Under the pieces are notes generated by a model. The model ran no database searches, had not been told where the DNA came from, and saw only the letters and a list, made by a program, of their open reading frames with translations. The translations under genes and the position numbers were made by a program. Shown here piece by piece: positions 37,290 through 49,270 of a stretch of DNA of 64,000 nucleotides (the stretch's first letter is position 1; every line of letters starts with the position of its first letter). This DNA is from Neoechinorhynchus agilis (taxonomy: Eukaryota > Animalia > Acanthocephala): contig CM121342.1 of NCBI GenBank assembly GCA_051530055.1, positions 13,097,480 through 13,161,479 on the forward strand, read 5' to 3'.

Positions 37290-37415
37290 AGAAGATGTGA
37301 GCGGTTTACGAGAACCAGTTTCTCTGGCGATCCGAGATCGTGCAATGGGAGAACGCAGCAACCATCCTTTCGACCGTTACCCCACGACGGCAGCTGAGGG
37401 ACTGAGAGCGGTGGC
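37290..37415 (+). mobile_element. Decayed CRE tail fragment
   Basis: GAGAACGCAGCAACCATCCTTTCGACCGTTAC...ACGGCAGCTGAG...GCGGTGG is homologous to 4277-4345 and 51047-51115. Confidence 0.6.
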
Positions 37416-37968
37416 ATGAATGTTTGTAAATACTTTTTTGCCCTTATTAAACGTGAGATATGTTAAAAGTGTTGTCTAAATACACAAAACATATCAACGG
37501 ATTGTTTTCGTTATCACTGTTTGTACATTCGCTGTGCGAATTAGAACAAAGTTTATTAACAAAATCCATGGAGATTCGCATCGTTCAAGGCTTCTATAAA
37601 ATTTAAGTTTTTATATTCTGCAATCTTAAAAGGGGCATTTAATTACACCGTGTATAGTCGTGAGTTTCTATTCTCCATGTTTTTTTGCGGATTAAAACAC
37701 CAATTATCCTGTTGAAGTCCGAAAATCGACTTAACATTATGATAAGGAAGCAAAAAATAGTTTAATTAGTTCTGCCACCGAATAGTAAAGTATAGAACTA
37801 ATGCTGTACTATAACATGAAACCCAAGAGTGAGTTGCATTATGATTTTTATACAGTAAAGCCAATTTAAATTGATATTAAACTGAACATCATTGCTTTAA
37901 ATTACTCTCGTGGCCTAACGTGCTCAGATTGTTTTATTTTTGATATTGCAGGTCACTCAATTCAACAC

Positions 37969-39138
37969 CTACAGTGAGTAGCTCACATCAAGTTTAGGAT
38001 CCGGAGCGCTGGCATAAAGATTGTGTGATTTGGTCGAATAAATATCGGTTCCTAGCTCCTTAACGTCAGGTTTAGCCGAATTTCGTGCAGCTGATTCCGC
38101 TTTACTTATGACACCCTTCACTCTATCATCGATTTTATCAAAATCTTCATCAGTGGCTCCATTAGCATAGATAATGCGTTGTTTGAAAGTAACTACAGGA
38201 TCGTTTTTCTTCTTATAATCATCTACTTCACTTTTGGAGCGATAATTGCCCGGATCAGTTACTGAATGTCCAACGAATCGGTAGATGGCCATTTCCATGA
38301 CAAGTGGGGAATGGTTAGCCAAGCACCAAGTTCGTCCAAACTCGACAGCTTGTTTGACCGCGACTACGTCCATTCCATCGACCCAAAGACCAGGGATAAG
38401 ATCCCCTCGTTTGTAGTATTTAGTGTTGGCCGACGATCTCGAAGCAGAGGTGAACATTCCGAACCCGTTGTTCTCACAAACAAAAATCACTGGAAGATGA
38501 TTGAGCATGGCGAAATTGTACGCTTCGAACACTTGCCCCTGATTGGATGCTCCATCGCCGTAGAAAGTGAGCGCAACTCCTGCTTTGTTGCGGTACTTGT
38601 TGGCGAAAGCAAGGCCAGCTCCGAGTGGGACTTGAGCACCTGTGATTCCATTTCCACCAAGGAAATTTGTATCTAGATTATAAATATGCATAGATCCGCC
38701 TTTTCCCTTTGAGCATCCACGAGCACTTCCCGTTAGTTCGCAAAGGATCTCATCTGGAGGAACTCCCATGACATATCCCCATCCATGGCACCGATAGGTC
38801 CCGATAACAGCATCGTCGCTGGTTATTGCTTCTTTTACACCAACGTACATGGCCTCCTGGCCAACACATAAATGCAAAAATCCTCTAATAAGTTTTTCTC
38901 GATAAAGAGTAGCGGCCGTGTTTTCCATTCGCCTAATAGTGACCATATCTTCGTACATTTTAAGAGCTCTCGATTTGTTCAAAATACATGAATCATCCGG
39001 AATTTCGTGAAGTCTGTGTGGGACGAACGGTTTTAATGTATTCAATTCGAATTGTGGCACGGTGTGGGTGGCTCGGACCAAAGGGCGGACGAGTCCATTT
39101 AAACACTTCATCGGTACTGTGTTTGCGATTAGAGCCAT
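37969..39138 (-). CDS. PDHA1: Pyruvate dehydrogenase E1 alpha, intronless copy (389 aa)
   Basis: IRGFLHL, YRCHG, GKGGSMH, GDGASNQGQVFEAYN, GHSVTDPG. Confidence 0.95.
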   Translation of the reverse strand: MALIANTVPMKCLNGLVRPLVRATHTVPQFELNTLKPFVPHRLHEIPDDSCILNKSRALKMYEDMVTIRRMENTAATLYREKLIRGFLHLCVGQEAMYVGVKEAITSDDAVIGTYRCHGWGYVMGVPPDEILCELTGSARGCSKGKGGSMHIYNLDTNFLGGNGITGAQVPLGAGLAFANKYRNKAGVALTFYGDGASNQGQVFEAYNFAMLNHLPVIFVCENNGFGMFTSASRSSANTKYYKRGDLIPGLWVDGMDVVAVKQAVEFGRTWCLANHSPLVMEMAIYRFVGHSVTDPGNYRSKSEVDDYKKKNDPVVTFKQRIIYANGATDEDFDKIDDRVKGVISKAESAARNSAKPDVKELGTDIYSTKSHNLYASAPDPKLDVSYSL

Positions 39139-40537
39139 GGTGGGTGAACAGGAAAAAGCAAAAGTCTATCTATGTTGATTTCTACCCATTGTGTATATAT
39201 ACACACCTCTGAGAGTGTGTTCAGATGAAAGGCAATGGCAAAAAAAGAAGCAATGTCATCATAGCGAGTCGCATAAAAGGATTATGTAAACGGTAAGATA
39301 GGAATGCTTCCATGAAGAACGATGATCATTATGTTTCGGGTGCAGCAACCAGGCAATGATTTGTGAAGAAAGATTGTAAAAGAGAAAAGGATCGGGAGAT
39401 GGTACCATTGTGTAGGACGAGCCAAACTACATGTGGGTAACAGTTAATGTCGTATGCTGGGATTAAAGATATTTTCAATGTAACGCTCTGATGGTATCAA
39501 AATGCTTACTATGTGGATATTCACCGGGATAAGACGTACTTCCAATTGCAAACTTTTATCAGGATGAAAGTGTAAGGTGCAATGAAAGCTCGCTTTAAAT
39601 CCATTGTAATAATCGGCGGTCAAGACGTTATGTTTTGAAGGCTTCCTCATTAATTAAATCGGTGATGAACAAAATTGCCGAAAAGTAATTAGGTAAGAAT
39701 GTTTTACCCTTTTCTAAATAAGTATGTAGGGAAGCGAATACAAATTTTTACAATTCCAGATTTTCAAGGGTTCAGAAAGACGCTTTATTTCAATAAAAAG
39801 AAAACTATTGTGCCTTAGTAAAGATCCAAATCGTTAAAACAAAAATTGTTTCAAGAAATAAGATATTCGCCAATATTTCGGAATCAAATCGGAACCACTT
39901 GTAAAAATACGAACTCACTAAGCGCATTGACATCTTTCACCAAATTTTGTAAGATTACTCTGAATGCGATTTAGACATTAATGCTTCTAAAAAGTTCAGC
40001 GTTCCCCAACCTGAATTCACGTTGAATTTTGACAGCGATCGAAAACCTTCTCAAAGTGAACAAGTAGAGGACGTTCAAGTATTATCGATTTCAATCATTT
40101 TTCATGGCAAGAGAATCTGAACGGAGAATAATCTCAATGCTAAAGATCTCCTTTACTATATATTTCCTAATTTTGGCATTTCGATTGGTTAACGCACATT
40201 CACCTTAAGTTTCCTTTGATAAATTGAAAACAGTTCGTGCTTCCTTAGCGTTTTTATAGAACTTCCTTCTAAACGAAACAAAGTCGAGAAATTTTAGAAT
40301 ATCTTAATTGGTTCCAAGTCCTAAAATTATGAGACTAAATCATCTCTATTAGATAAGGCATTAAAAAGGTTGAGAAAATGCACGATTGGCTTCTAGCCTG
40401 CGTCACAGAATCGCAAATCGAAAACTCTAATATTCCACATTGTCATTTTATCGTAAAAAAAGTAGCCTTTGGATTAACTTAGAATCTTCTAAGAGCCACA
40501 CTCGACATGTGAGTTTTTATTTTATCGCCAGGCGCGA

Positions 40538-41981
40538 TCACTTTCTAAGGTACTCTTCACTTTTGAGATCTGGATCCGGGGTATCCACTCTCAAATTATA
40601 TGCCTTTTGTGAGTAGACATCCGAAGTGAGTTCCCTTGAATTCGGTTTAGCGGCGGACCTAGCGACATTTTCAGCGCTGGACACAACATCTTTCACGCGC
40701 TCCTCGATTTCCGCGAATTCTGCATCCGTTGCACTGGACATGGTTTGAATTCTAGCTTTGAAGGTAGTAATTGGATCACGTTCTTTTCTAAACTGATCAA
40801 TTTCAGCTCTGGTTCGATATCCTAAACCTGGATCACTAATCGAATGGCCCATATACCGATAGGTGGCCATTTCAAGTAGCAGAGGCGATTGAGTTGTCAG
40901 TACGTATTCTCGTGCGAATTTAATGGCTTGTTTAACAGCAATCACATCCATTCCATCTACCCAAATCCCTGGTATATAATCCCCGCGAGTGTAGTACTCG
41001 GTATTGGCCGATGACCGACTGTCAGACGTCCCCATTCCGTAATGGTTATTCTCACAAATGTAAACAACTGGCAAATGCATTAGTTTGGCCATGTTGTAGG
41101 ACTCGAACACTTGTCCTTGATTTGAGGCTCCATCTCCATAGAAATTAAGATTTACGTTTTTTTGACCGAGGTACTTGTGTGCAAAAGCAAGTCCTGTTCC
41201 GACCGGTACTTGGGCGCCGACGATTCCGTTTCCACCGAAGAAGTTTTGTTCGGCATTGTACATGTGCATTGAGCCTCCTTTGCCTTTTGAGCAACCTTTG
41301 GCGCATCCTGTCAACTCACAGAGAATCTGTTCAGGGGAAATACCCATTACGTATGCGAATCCATGGCATCTATAGGCGGTTATGACCGAATCTCCAGGCT
41401 GGTATTCAAGCTTTGTTCCGACATAAATGGCCTCTTGTCCGTTGCACAAATGTAGAAATCCGCGGACCAGTTTCTCTCGGTAAAGGTGACCAGCTACGGA
41501 CTCTATACGACGAATGGTGAACATATCCTCGTAGATCTTCAATGCCTCAGCTTTGGTGAGGACGCAACCTTGTTCGGGAGTGCCTTTTATCTTGTATTTT
41601 GGCGAATCGCATGGTTATGGAGATTTTTTGACCTCTACGCCCTTCGAAAAAATCACTTGTTATTCGAATTATTGTTTAGAAGTCTACACCAGCGGTAAAT
41701 GATTATTACGATTAAAGATGTTCTGCGAACCTCGTCGGGTCCAGAATCAGTTCTAAAATACTTTACCGCGAATGAAGACTTCTAAACAATAATTCGAATC
41801 ACATTCCCCCCCCCCGGTACCTCCTAACATATTGACATTCACATGTGATTCCACCAATCTATGGGATAAACGGTCTCACCGACTTAATGCGTAGTTGTTC
41901 ATCTGACCCCCGACTGGATAGCGCTCTATTCGCTGCGACAATACCGGCGGATGGAAAACGACTGACGATTTTTGACAACAT
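40538..41981 (-). CDS. PDHA1: Pyruvate dehydrogenase E1 alpha, intron-containing copy
   Basis: Exon 1 41880-41981 (MLSKIVSRFPSAG..., transit-peptide-like) ends at a GTGAGA donor. Exon 2 from ~41590 contains GDGASNQGQVFESYN, GMGTS and RYMGHSISDPG. Confidence 0.93.
41663..41798. repeat. Intronic fold-back
   Basis: TTCGAATTATTGTTTAGAAGTCT pairs with AGACTTCTAAACAATAATTCGAA; inner GCGGTAAA / TTTACCGC. Confidence 0.85.
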
Positions 41982-42752
41982 CACCACAAAGTAGACGTGT
42001 TTTTTTGTTCGTGTTATAGGCGCGAACGGTCTGAAGTTTTAACAGTAAGACTGAAAGAAACGAATGGTTTTTGATGCAGTGACACGTCAAAACGGAATTG
42101 ACCTAAAAGGCGTGGAATACGTAAATTAAAAAAAAGATCCGAGTTGGAATTTGCTGTTTTCTCGTAAACACGGATCAGTTCCTTTTTAGTGTGTGTGTGA
42201 GTAAATAGATCCGAAACGTGTTATACTTTCATCAGGCTCATGAAAGTGCTTAATCAGTAGATATATGTAGAAAGCGAGCATCCGGCGCCTCATGAATGCT
42301 GCAGATGCTGTCGGAAGTTTGTCTCGAGCAAATGGGTCTTGATTATGCGAACGAAATGTTGGTAAGCACGCGGATACACATGGCACCCTCTCATACACCC
42401 ACGCACACACACTTAGAACCCAGTTTGCACGAAAAGGAAACCACACCAAATGTGGAGCGAATTGCACAAAATGAGTTATGGGAAATCATGAGACGCCTCA
42501 AAAAAAGGTCCATTGAATTGTATCCATTATAACATTCTTATTTCGTTGAAGATTACACATTCGAGTCGTGTGGTTGGATATTTTGTTATTTAATCGATAT
42601 ACGCACATATTTAAATGACCAACACAATGGAACAGGGAACAATGCAAACGTTTCTCTCTTTCGAATTACCTGTAGTTGGCCCAAATGCAGCCTATTACGA
42701 GGTTGACGATCCCTGGTTCCTGAGTTAAAACGACGAAAACAATCATTTAGTG

Positions 42753-43039
42753 AAAATAATCCCCCGTCATCCAATATATTTTTAGTTTATTTGAAATATT
42801 TCGTGAGGAGGTAACCTCGCCTCATCAAACTACCGGCCAGCGACGTGTTTTAAAAACCAATACAAAAAATCAAAGCGGATAATTGGTCCCCGGACTTCGG
42901 GTCTATCGATCCCGCGCATTCGAGCATAAAACCTTAATCTGTAAAACCAATTTTTAGATGACTGAGGAGCAGGCGAAGTTACCTCTCCGCGAAATATTTC
43001 AAATAAACTAAAAATATGTGATGACCGGGGGATTTTTTT
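42753..43039. repeat. Fold-back with ~75-85-bp arms carrying hammerhead cores
   Basis: Plus strand TGA-CTGAGGA-GC...GC-GAAA-TAT-T-TCA (42959-43001); minus strand TTGATGA...GAAA-TAT-T-TCA (42792-42828). Confidence 0.85.
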
Positions 43040-43142
43040 ACCAAAAGTATACTTTGATTAACCTGAAGGATTTTCTCTGTCGATGATTAGCAATCATTTG
43101 GTGTGTTTGTGGCAGATGATTTCATCAGTCGAAATATATACA

Positions 43143-44187
43143 CAGTGGATTCCGCTTAATTGGGACACCGCTTAATCGGGACAGCCGCTTATTTGGGACA
43201 AATCTCAGAGAACGGAAACCAAACCAAGAAACCAATAGTAAATTTGTATATTTAATTGGGACAACATTCCGCTTAATTGGGACAGTAAATTTAAGATTTT
43301 AGTACAGTAGAGTATCTATTAACTGATTTTGTTTTTACTGAGTTTTGGTTTAACCGAGCCGCTGCAGCGGAAAAACAAACACAACCTCCTCCTAAATCCC
43401 GGGAAAGCCAGAAAGACGGCTTCTTTCTGAACCCGACTCCCGCCTTTTATAAAGCCGTGGCGGCCTCATATCAACATTTGCAATCTTTTACATCCGAGCC
43501 GGGGCAGCGGACATTCGATTACCAATCACCTCCCGCGTGAACAACGCGTGAAGCTATTTTTTGTCAATTGTATTTTTAAAAAAATTTACCCTTTCTAAAA
43601 TGCCAAGGAACGATTTGTCACTTACCAATAAAATTGCCTTGCTTGATAAAATTAAAAGCCAGCCGCTTAATACAAGTTATCGTCGGCTCGCTGAGATAAC
43701 TGGTGTACCAAAATCTACTATATCGCGTGTCTTACGACAAGAAAGTCAACTGCGTAAGGAATTCGAATTACAAGAAGGACAGGCAGGGACATCCAAAAGA
43801 AAACGTGAGGGGAAGGATCCAGACGTTGAAGAAGCACTGGATCAATGGTTTTCTATTGTTATATTTTATTAAGGATTTTTTTAGAGTTTTCTAGAGTTTA
43901 TAAAATAAAATTATTGAAAAATATGCATTGTTTAATTTTGTTTCAATTTCACCTAGCGATATTCACTCAGAAAATTGATTTATATTGAAAATTTTCGGCC
44001 TTTTCGTTGGCCTTCTTCAGTCAGATCTAGAATGTTTTCAAGTTTTTTCGCCTGTGGGTTAATGACCTTGTTCTCAAAACCAATCAAATTAATTTCTTTA
44101 AAAGTGAACTTCGCTTAATCGGGACATCCGCTAAAGTGGGACAAAAAGCCTCGGTCCCGATGTGTCCCAATTAAGCTGAATCGACTA
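43143..44187 (+). mobile_element. Non-autonomous Tigger/pogo deletion derivative
   Basis: 25-bp TIRs CAGTGGATTCCGCTTAATTGGGACA / TGTCCCAATTAAGCTGAATCGACTA, subterminal GCTTAATYGGGACA repeats, TA-rich flanks, and a truncated HTH-psq/CENP-B ORF 43600-43872 (LAEITGVPKSTISRVL...DVEEALDQWF). Confidence 0.9.
43986..44023 (-). ncRNA. Minimal type-I hammerhead core nested in the Tigger element
   Basis: TGA-CTGAAGA-A-GGCC-AACGAAAA-GGCC-GAAA-ATT-T-TCA: stem I TGA/TCA, stem II GGCC/GGCC, palindromic AATT. Confidence 0.72.
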
Positions 44188-44214
44188 TATATATACACAT
44201 TTGACTCTAACACG

Positions 44215-44265
44215 ATCTCTCTCCCTCGGGTGTCGAAAAGCGACCTAAACAAACATTAACATTCT
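44215..44265 (+). repeat. Short dispersed repeat (second copy ~51826-51866)
   Basis: CTCCCTCGGGTGTCGA(A/C)AAGC(G/C)ACCTAAACAA occurs twice; possibly a transposon terminus. Confidence 0.55.
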
Positions 44266-44517
44266 TAGTACGAAAAAACTTTACCTCTCTCTCGATATGC
44301 CACTATAGTCATCTTTTTCTCAGGCCGAACGACAGAGAATGATTTATTTGCGTGAGCCTAAAAATATATTGATGTTGTTTAGATGACCCAAGGAAATTCA
44401 CAAAAGCCGCTACAGGGAACGTTTTTGTCCAATCACACGCAGAAGTGTAATTCAAGTCTGGTGTAGCGTTTCTTCAATACATCTTTTGAAAAGAAGTTGT
44501 TCATTCATGTGTTCTTT

Positions 44518-44649
44518 GGTGATAAGAAAAATAACAATTGATTTATTAATTTCCAATATTTCGTCCGTTTCTTCGGGCATCGTCAGGTTGCTTCGCAAGT
44601 GTTTACGACGTATGAGAACAATAAATCAATATCTATTTTTATTATCACC
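44518..44649. repeat. Fold-back with a hammerhead-like core on the minus strand (44555-44589)
   Basis: CTGACGA-T-GCCCG-AAGAAA-CGGAC-GAAA-TAT-T; same subfamily as 6044-6110. Confidence 0.7.
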
Positions 44650-44799
44650 AAAGAACACAAATACTTCTTTTGCGGCCAAAACCGAACAAATGTTGTTTAC
44701 CCGGTAGAGAATGTCTTTAATAAAAAAATATTTACCGGCTGAATACTTCTAAACAATTTTCCATCTTGAAATTAGCTAAACGCGCTACTTAAGCATTTA

Positions 44800-47215
44800 T
44801 AACCACAACTTAGCGGAAATGTCAGAAGTGCTTAAAATGGTCACATGGGAATTGGTCATGATATTCTAGTTGTTTCCTATGAAATTCTGAGTCAATCCAA
44901 GTTATAATTTCGTTGAAAAGTGAGAGACGTACAAGCACAGTTTAGGTGCCACGCAAAAAGAAATTCCATTTGTAGGGAATATTATGATCCCGTGGTGCCC
45001 AGGAATGTTCTGAAAAGAATCCCAAGGGGTCCGTGATATCAGGCCGCAAAGAGATTCACTTCTCTATTGACAGACTGCATCGAGACTAATTCAGAGTTGT
45101 CGTGGATGTTTGCGTTCCCTAGACTATTGTTTCCGCTGGTGATATTTCTGAAGGACCTCTGACCACCAGAATAAAAGAGCGAATAAGTTCTTTAGACGAA
45201 AAGTTTACTCAATGCCTTTCAACAGCATACGTACTACGTAACTAGTGTGTCTAGGGGCGTCATCACCACCGAAACTCAAATCGGTCGCTTGTTGGACGCG
45301 TTTCTTCGTAGCTCTAAGACGGAGATGTCAGAGCAATTCGTTTTTTATCATCAATTTAGTCTCGTCAAAGCTGACGAAGAAACTTTGCGAACTCTTCGTT
45401 CCAAACATCCCAGTGACGGCGGTCGACAGTATTTCCTGAAATGCTCCTCCTGCGATGCTATTCCTTATGTCTCATCATCGAAATCGGAATTGAAGATGAC
45501 AATCTCCTCTTTTGCTAAAGGATCAGCTCACGGGCTTAACGGGCTGCGGTCCCAACACCTAAAGGATATGACTTCTTTTTTAAGTAGGTGATGCTGCCCA
45601 GTCCCTTTAAGTTGCATTGGCACACTTGGTCGACCAATTTGCAGGAGGAGAGTTGATTCCGAAAGCAATTGAGTTATTTTTCGGCGCATCTTTGTGTGTC
45701 CTCGCAAAAAAATTAAGGTGGGATTCGTCCCATTGTAATTGGAGCAACTCCGCGCCGCTAAACAGCTAAAATTTTGAATAAAAGGATCGCGGAAAAAGTA
45801 GGGATACTGCTTCGCTCTACTCAGTTAGGCTGCTGTACACCTTACGGCGCAAAGGCGATTGTTCATTCACTTCGCACGTTCATCACCGGAAACTCAAAGT
45901 CGTGCGTGATCTTGAAATGTGATTTCAAAAATGCATTAAACACAGTTCACCGAGCAGATTTGCTCGAAGTAGCTAGAGATCACACACTATGCGATTTCAA
46001 CTCCCTTGTTGTTCAATAACCACGTTTTGTGGTCAGAAAGAGGAGTACAACATGGGGATCCTTTGGGCCTAATAGCTTTCTCACTCGCAGTCAATCCCGT
46101 CGAGCATTCTCTCCAGTCCAGCTTTAACGGCTGGTACCATGACGATGCCACGCCCGGAGTTAATCCCTTTGATGCAATGCGCGATTTTTAGACACTGGTG
46201 AAGGAGACGGCGAAAATTGACATTAAATTGAATGCTGCGAAATGCGAGATTTTAGTGATGAACGTGGAAGATGAGGCGTCCAGGCGAACTATCGTGAAAG
46301 ATTTTCAGAGCCTGGTCCCGAGATAGAAATGATCACTCTAGACCAGTTGAGTCTTCTAGGAAGCTGCATTTTTGGTTCTAATGTTGAAGCAGAGATTGCC
46401 AATCTTCAATCGCAACTTTCGGTGCTGTGCGAAAGCGTTGATGAATTATCTTCACACGAGGCTCTGTTCCTGATCAAGAACACCCTCTTCATTCCAAAAT
46501 TGCTGCATAAGCTGCGCACAACGCCCTTTTTTAGACATAGGGATAAGGTGAATTAATTAGACGAGACGGTAAAAACCTCTCTGGAGAAAATTCTAAATAT
46601 TAAGCTGTCGGACGAAGCGTGGCGTCAAGCGTCCTTGCCTGTGCTGTCCGGCATTTTGGGTATCCGAAAAGCAGCTGATATTTCTCAGTCTGCTTATTTG
46701 GGATCGTATGAAGCAAGTAACAGAATATTTCAGTCTTTCCTTGGCGAAAATTACACTTTGGACGGAGATTTCGTGAAGGCGCTTAATCTTTCGTGTGGAA
46801 ATTCAGGCAGCGAGCAGGTTCTCGTCAATGATTGCAAACAATCAGTTCGGAACTCACCCCTGGTAGCGAGAATTCTCAACTCTGTAATTTCAGATTTTCG
46901 TGACCTGGTGAACCAAGCTCGATTGGTGGCAGTCTCTACAAAAGAATCGGTTGCTTGGCTCAACGCTACCCCAATCATTTCTGTTGATATGCCTGTGCAC
47001 ATCCCATCGCTGCCTTTGCGAAGCGACCGTGAAACCATCGGGACGCAATGTTGTTGACAATTAGGCGGGAGGTACTCACGACACGGCGAAGTGAACGCAA
47101 TTCTTAGTCGTGCATCGAATACTGTGAATGCGTCCAACATCCTAAAGCCGAACAATCTTTGCCGACTCGATGGCAGCAGACCGGACGGTGCCACAGTATT
47201 TCCGTAGCAAGCAGA
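44800..47215 (+). mobile_element. Decayed CRE-clade non-LTR retroelement (RT + restriction-like endonuclease)
   Basis: LKRIPRG; SFAKGSAHGLNGLRSQHLKD; LKCDFKNALN; GVQHGDPLG; WYHDD; PKLLHKLRT; RHGEVNAILSRA...LCRLDGSRPDGATVFP. Multiple stops and frameshifts. Confidence 0.85.
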
Positions 47216-47507
47216 GGCTCGCGACTAAACAACAAAGAATTCTCGTTCAAAACTAAAGTCAAACAGAATCTCACACGAATCCTGGATCAAAGTAAAACTA
47301 AGAATTTGACATGAAACTCCCGTTAGAAACTGACGTCAAAGTAGAACGCATCGCACTGCAATCTTCAACATAAACCGCTCCGTTCCATCCGAATATCACG
47401 AGCCCAAGGTACGAACACCCAAAGGTGACGAATAAGCTCTCAATAATTAACTAATTGGCCACATTTATTAAAAGACCGACGTCCACACCCGTCCCCGGAC
47501 ACCGAGT

Positions 47508-47523
47508 GGCCCTTAAGAGGGCC
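47508..47523 (-). promoter_or_regulatory. Histone 3' stem-loop, with AATAAA ~40 nt downstream (47464-47469)
   Basis: Minus strand GGCCCT-CTTA-AGGGCC-ACTC, about 48 nt after the H2B stop codon. Confidence 0.8.
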
Positions 47524-47570
47524 TATAAGTCTTCACGTTCAATCGTGCACGCCGATCCCACCTCCGCGCT

Positions 47571-47933
47571 CTACTTGTTGGCCGAAGTGTACTTTGTGAC
47601 CGCCTTTGTGCCCTCGGACACTGCGTGCTTGGCCAATTCTCCGGGTAGAAGTAGCCGCACAGCCGTCTGAATTTCACGACTCGATATAGTCGACTTTTTG
47701 TTGTAATGAGCAAGCCGACTAGCCTCGTGGGCAATGCGCTCAAATATGTCGTTTACAAAAGAGTTCATAATCGACATGGCCTTGCTCGAGATTCCTGTAT
47801 CGGGATGAACTTGCTTGAGAACTTTGTAAATATAGACGGCGTAAGACTCCTTGCGTTTCTTGTGACGCTTTTTGTCACCTTTCGGCTTCATGTGCTTAGT
47901 TATTCCTTTCTTCGATCCAACTTTAGGCACCAT
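47571..47933 (-). CDS. H2B: Histone H2B
   Basis: [43 protein letters not shown]...[23 protein letters not shown]. Confidence 0.98.
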   Translation of the reverse strand: MVPKVGSKKGITKHMKPKGDKKRHKKRKESYAVYIYKVLKQVHPDTGISSKAMSIMNSFVNDIFERIAHEASRLAHYNKKSTISSREIQTAVRLLLPGELAKHAVSEGTKAVTKYTSANK

Positions 47934-48728
47934 TTCTCTGGAAAATTGGATGTGAGCGTGTGATTGGGAAGGAAAGGACTATTCGGGCAATTCGAGGGAC
48001 ACCGCGAATGAGTCGACGGTTTTGGAAAGCTTGTGCTCTATTTCCTATTGGTTCGCACGAAAGTGTCTCTCAATACCTAAAGCGCGTATTCTAATATTAC
48101 ACAAGGGAAACGTGACGTTCAATGTTCAACACATACAAAAAGCATTTTTGACTGAATTGAGATTATTATAATTCAATTTTATATGCGATCTAGAATATTC
48201 TCAAGTGGTTTTTTTTGCATTTCACTAAGACCGTCGGTTTTTGAGCCCACGAAAAAATGGAGGACTGCACCGGAAAATTGCAAAATAACTTTTAATTAAA
48301 AAACTAAATTCAAGTGTACGATTGTCGATAAATCGACTTTAATACGGACCGCATGCTCGGAAACGTTTTTTTGATAATTTTAAAAATTGCTAGTAAAGAC
48401 TGCATTTCAGCGTCACCAAATTTAAGAAGTTGTTTATTTACAGAATTTCTGACATGATTATCGGCTCCGGATTAAGTTTTTTTAATGCATTTGTCCGAGC
48501 ACTTATATTAAGCCGTTCCGGAACAACTATTTTCTGCGATTAATTCATGCTCAGAAATGTCGCATTTGTGTGTAAGTTTTCTTCGCAACAAAAATGTTTC
48601 CACGAAAAAGGTGTGTCTTGGTTAGCGCGTGACTTTCACTCATCACTTTCCCTTGTGCGTACTTTTCGCCTATAAAACAAAATGAATGAGCGGAAAAGCT
48701 TACGAAATCGCATCTCCTTTTTTTTAAG

Positions 48729-49185
48729 ATGTCTGTGCACGATGAAGATTTGGAGAAAACCCCTGTAAAACCGGGTTTGTTTAGGTCTACTTTAGAATCG
48801 ATCTTACATTCCATTTTTACTTTCATATCAGAACCTTCTGTCCCTTACACGTACATGGCTAACATCGCTCAACGTCTATCGCCGCCCGTTTACGGTCAAC
48901 CACTACAACTCACTTCCCAGCCAACAAATATCCGATGCCCTTATTGTGGATCTGACGTGTGTACCTTAACTGCTAGCGATTCTGGAGCTCTCACGTGGCT
49001 TCTTTCTATAGCCATTTGCTGCCTCGGGTGAGCGAATTTCTTTTGAACAAATATCTCCACTCGCTTTAAATAGCTGTTTTTGTGGATGCTGTATGATCCC
49101 TTTTGTTGTGGATGACACAAAAGACGTAATCCATTCATGCCCCAATTGCAAAAAGCATCTCGGAGTGTACCGAAGATTGTTTTAG
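48729..49185 (+). CDS. LITAF: LITAF/CDIP1-family protein
   Basis: IRCPYC...ALTWLLSIAICCLG, a GT-AG intron (~49028-49074), then CFCGCCMIPF...DVIHSCPNCKKHLGVYRRLF*. Confidence 0.85.
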
Positions 49186-49270
49186 AAATGACACTTCTCG
49201 TATATTTAATCACTGAAAAATAAAGACGATTATGCCCACTTTGGATGAGTGCATCTTTACAAAAAAAGAT

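Noticed and set aside
41591-41620. Non-canonical AA acceptor in PDHA copy 2 (TAA|CCATGC)
   Set aside because: A canonical CAAG|ATA acceptor at 41591 gives an in-frame junction.
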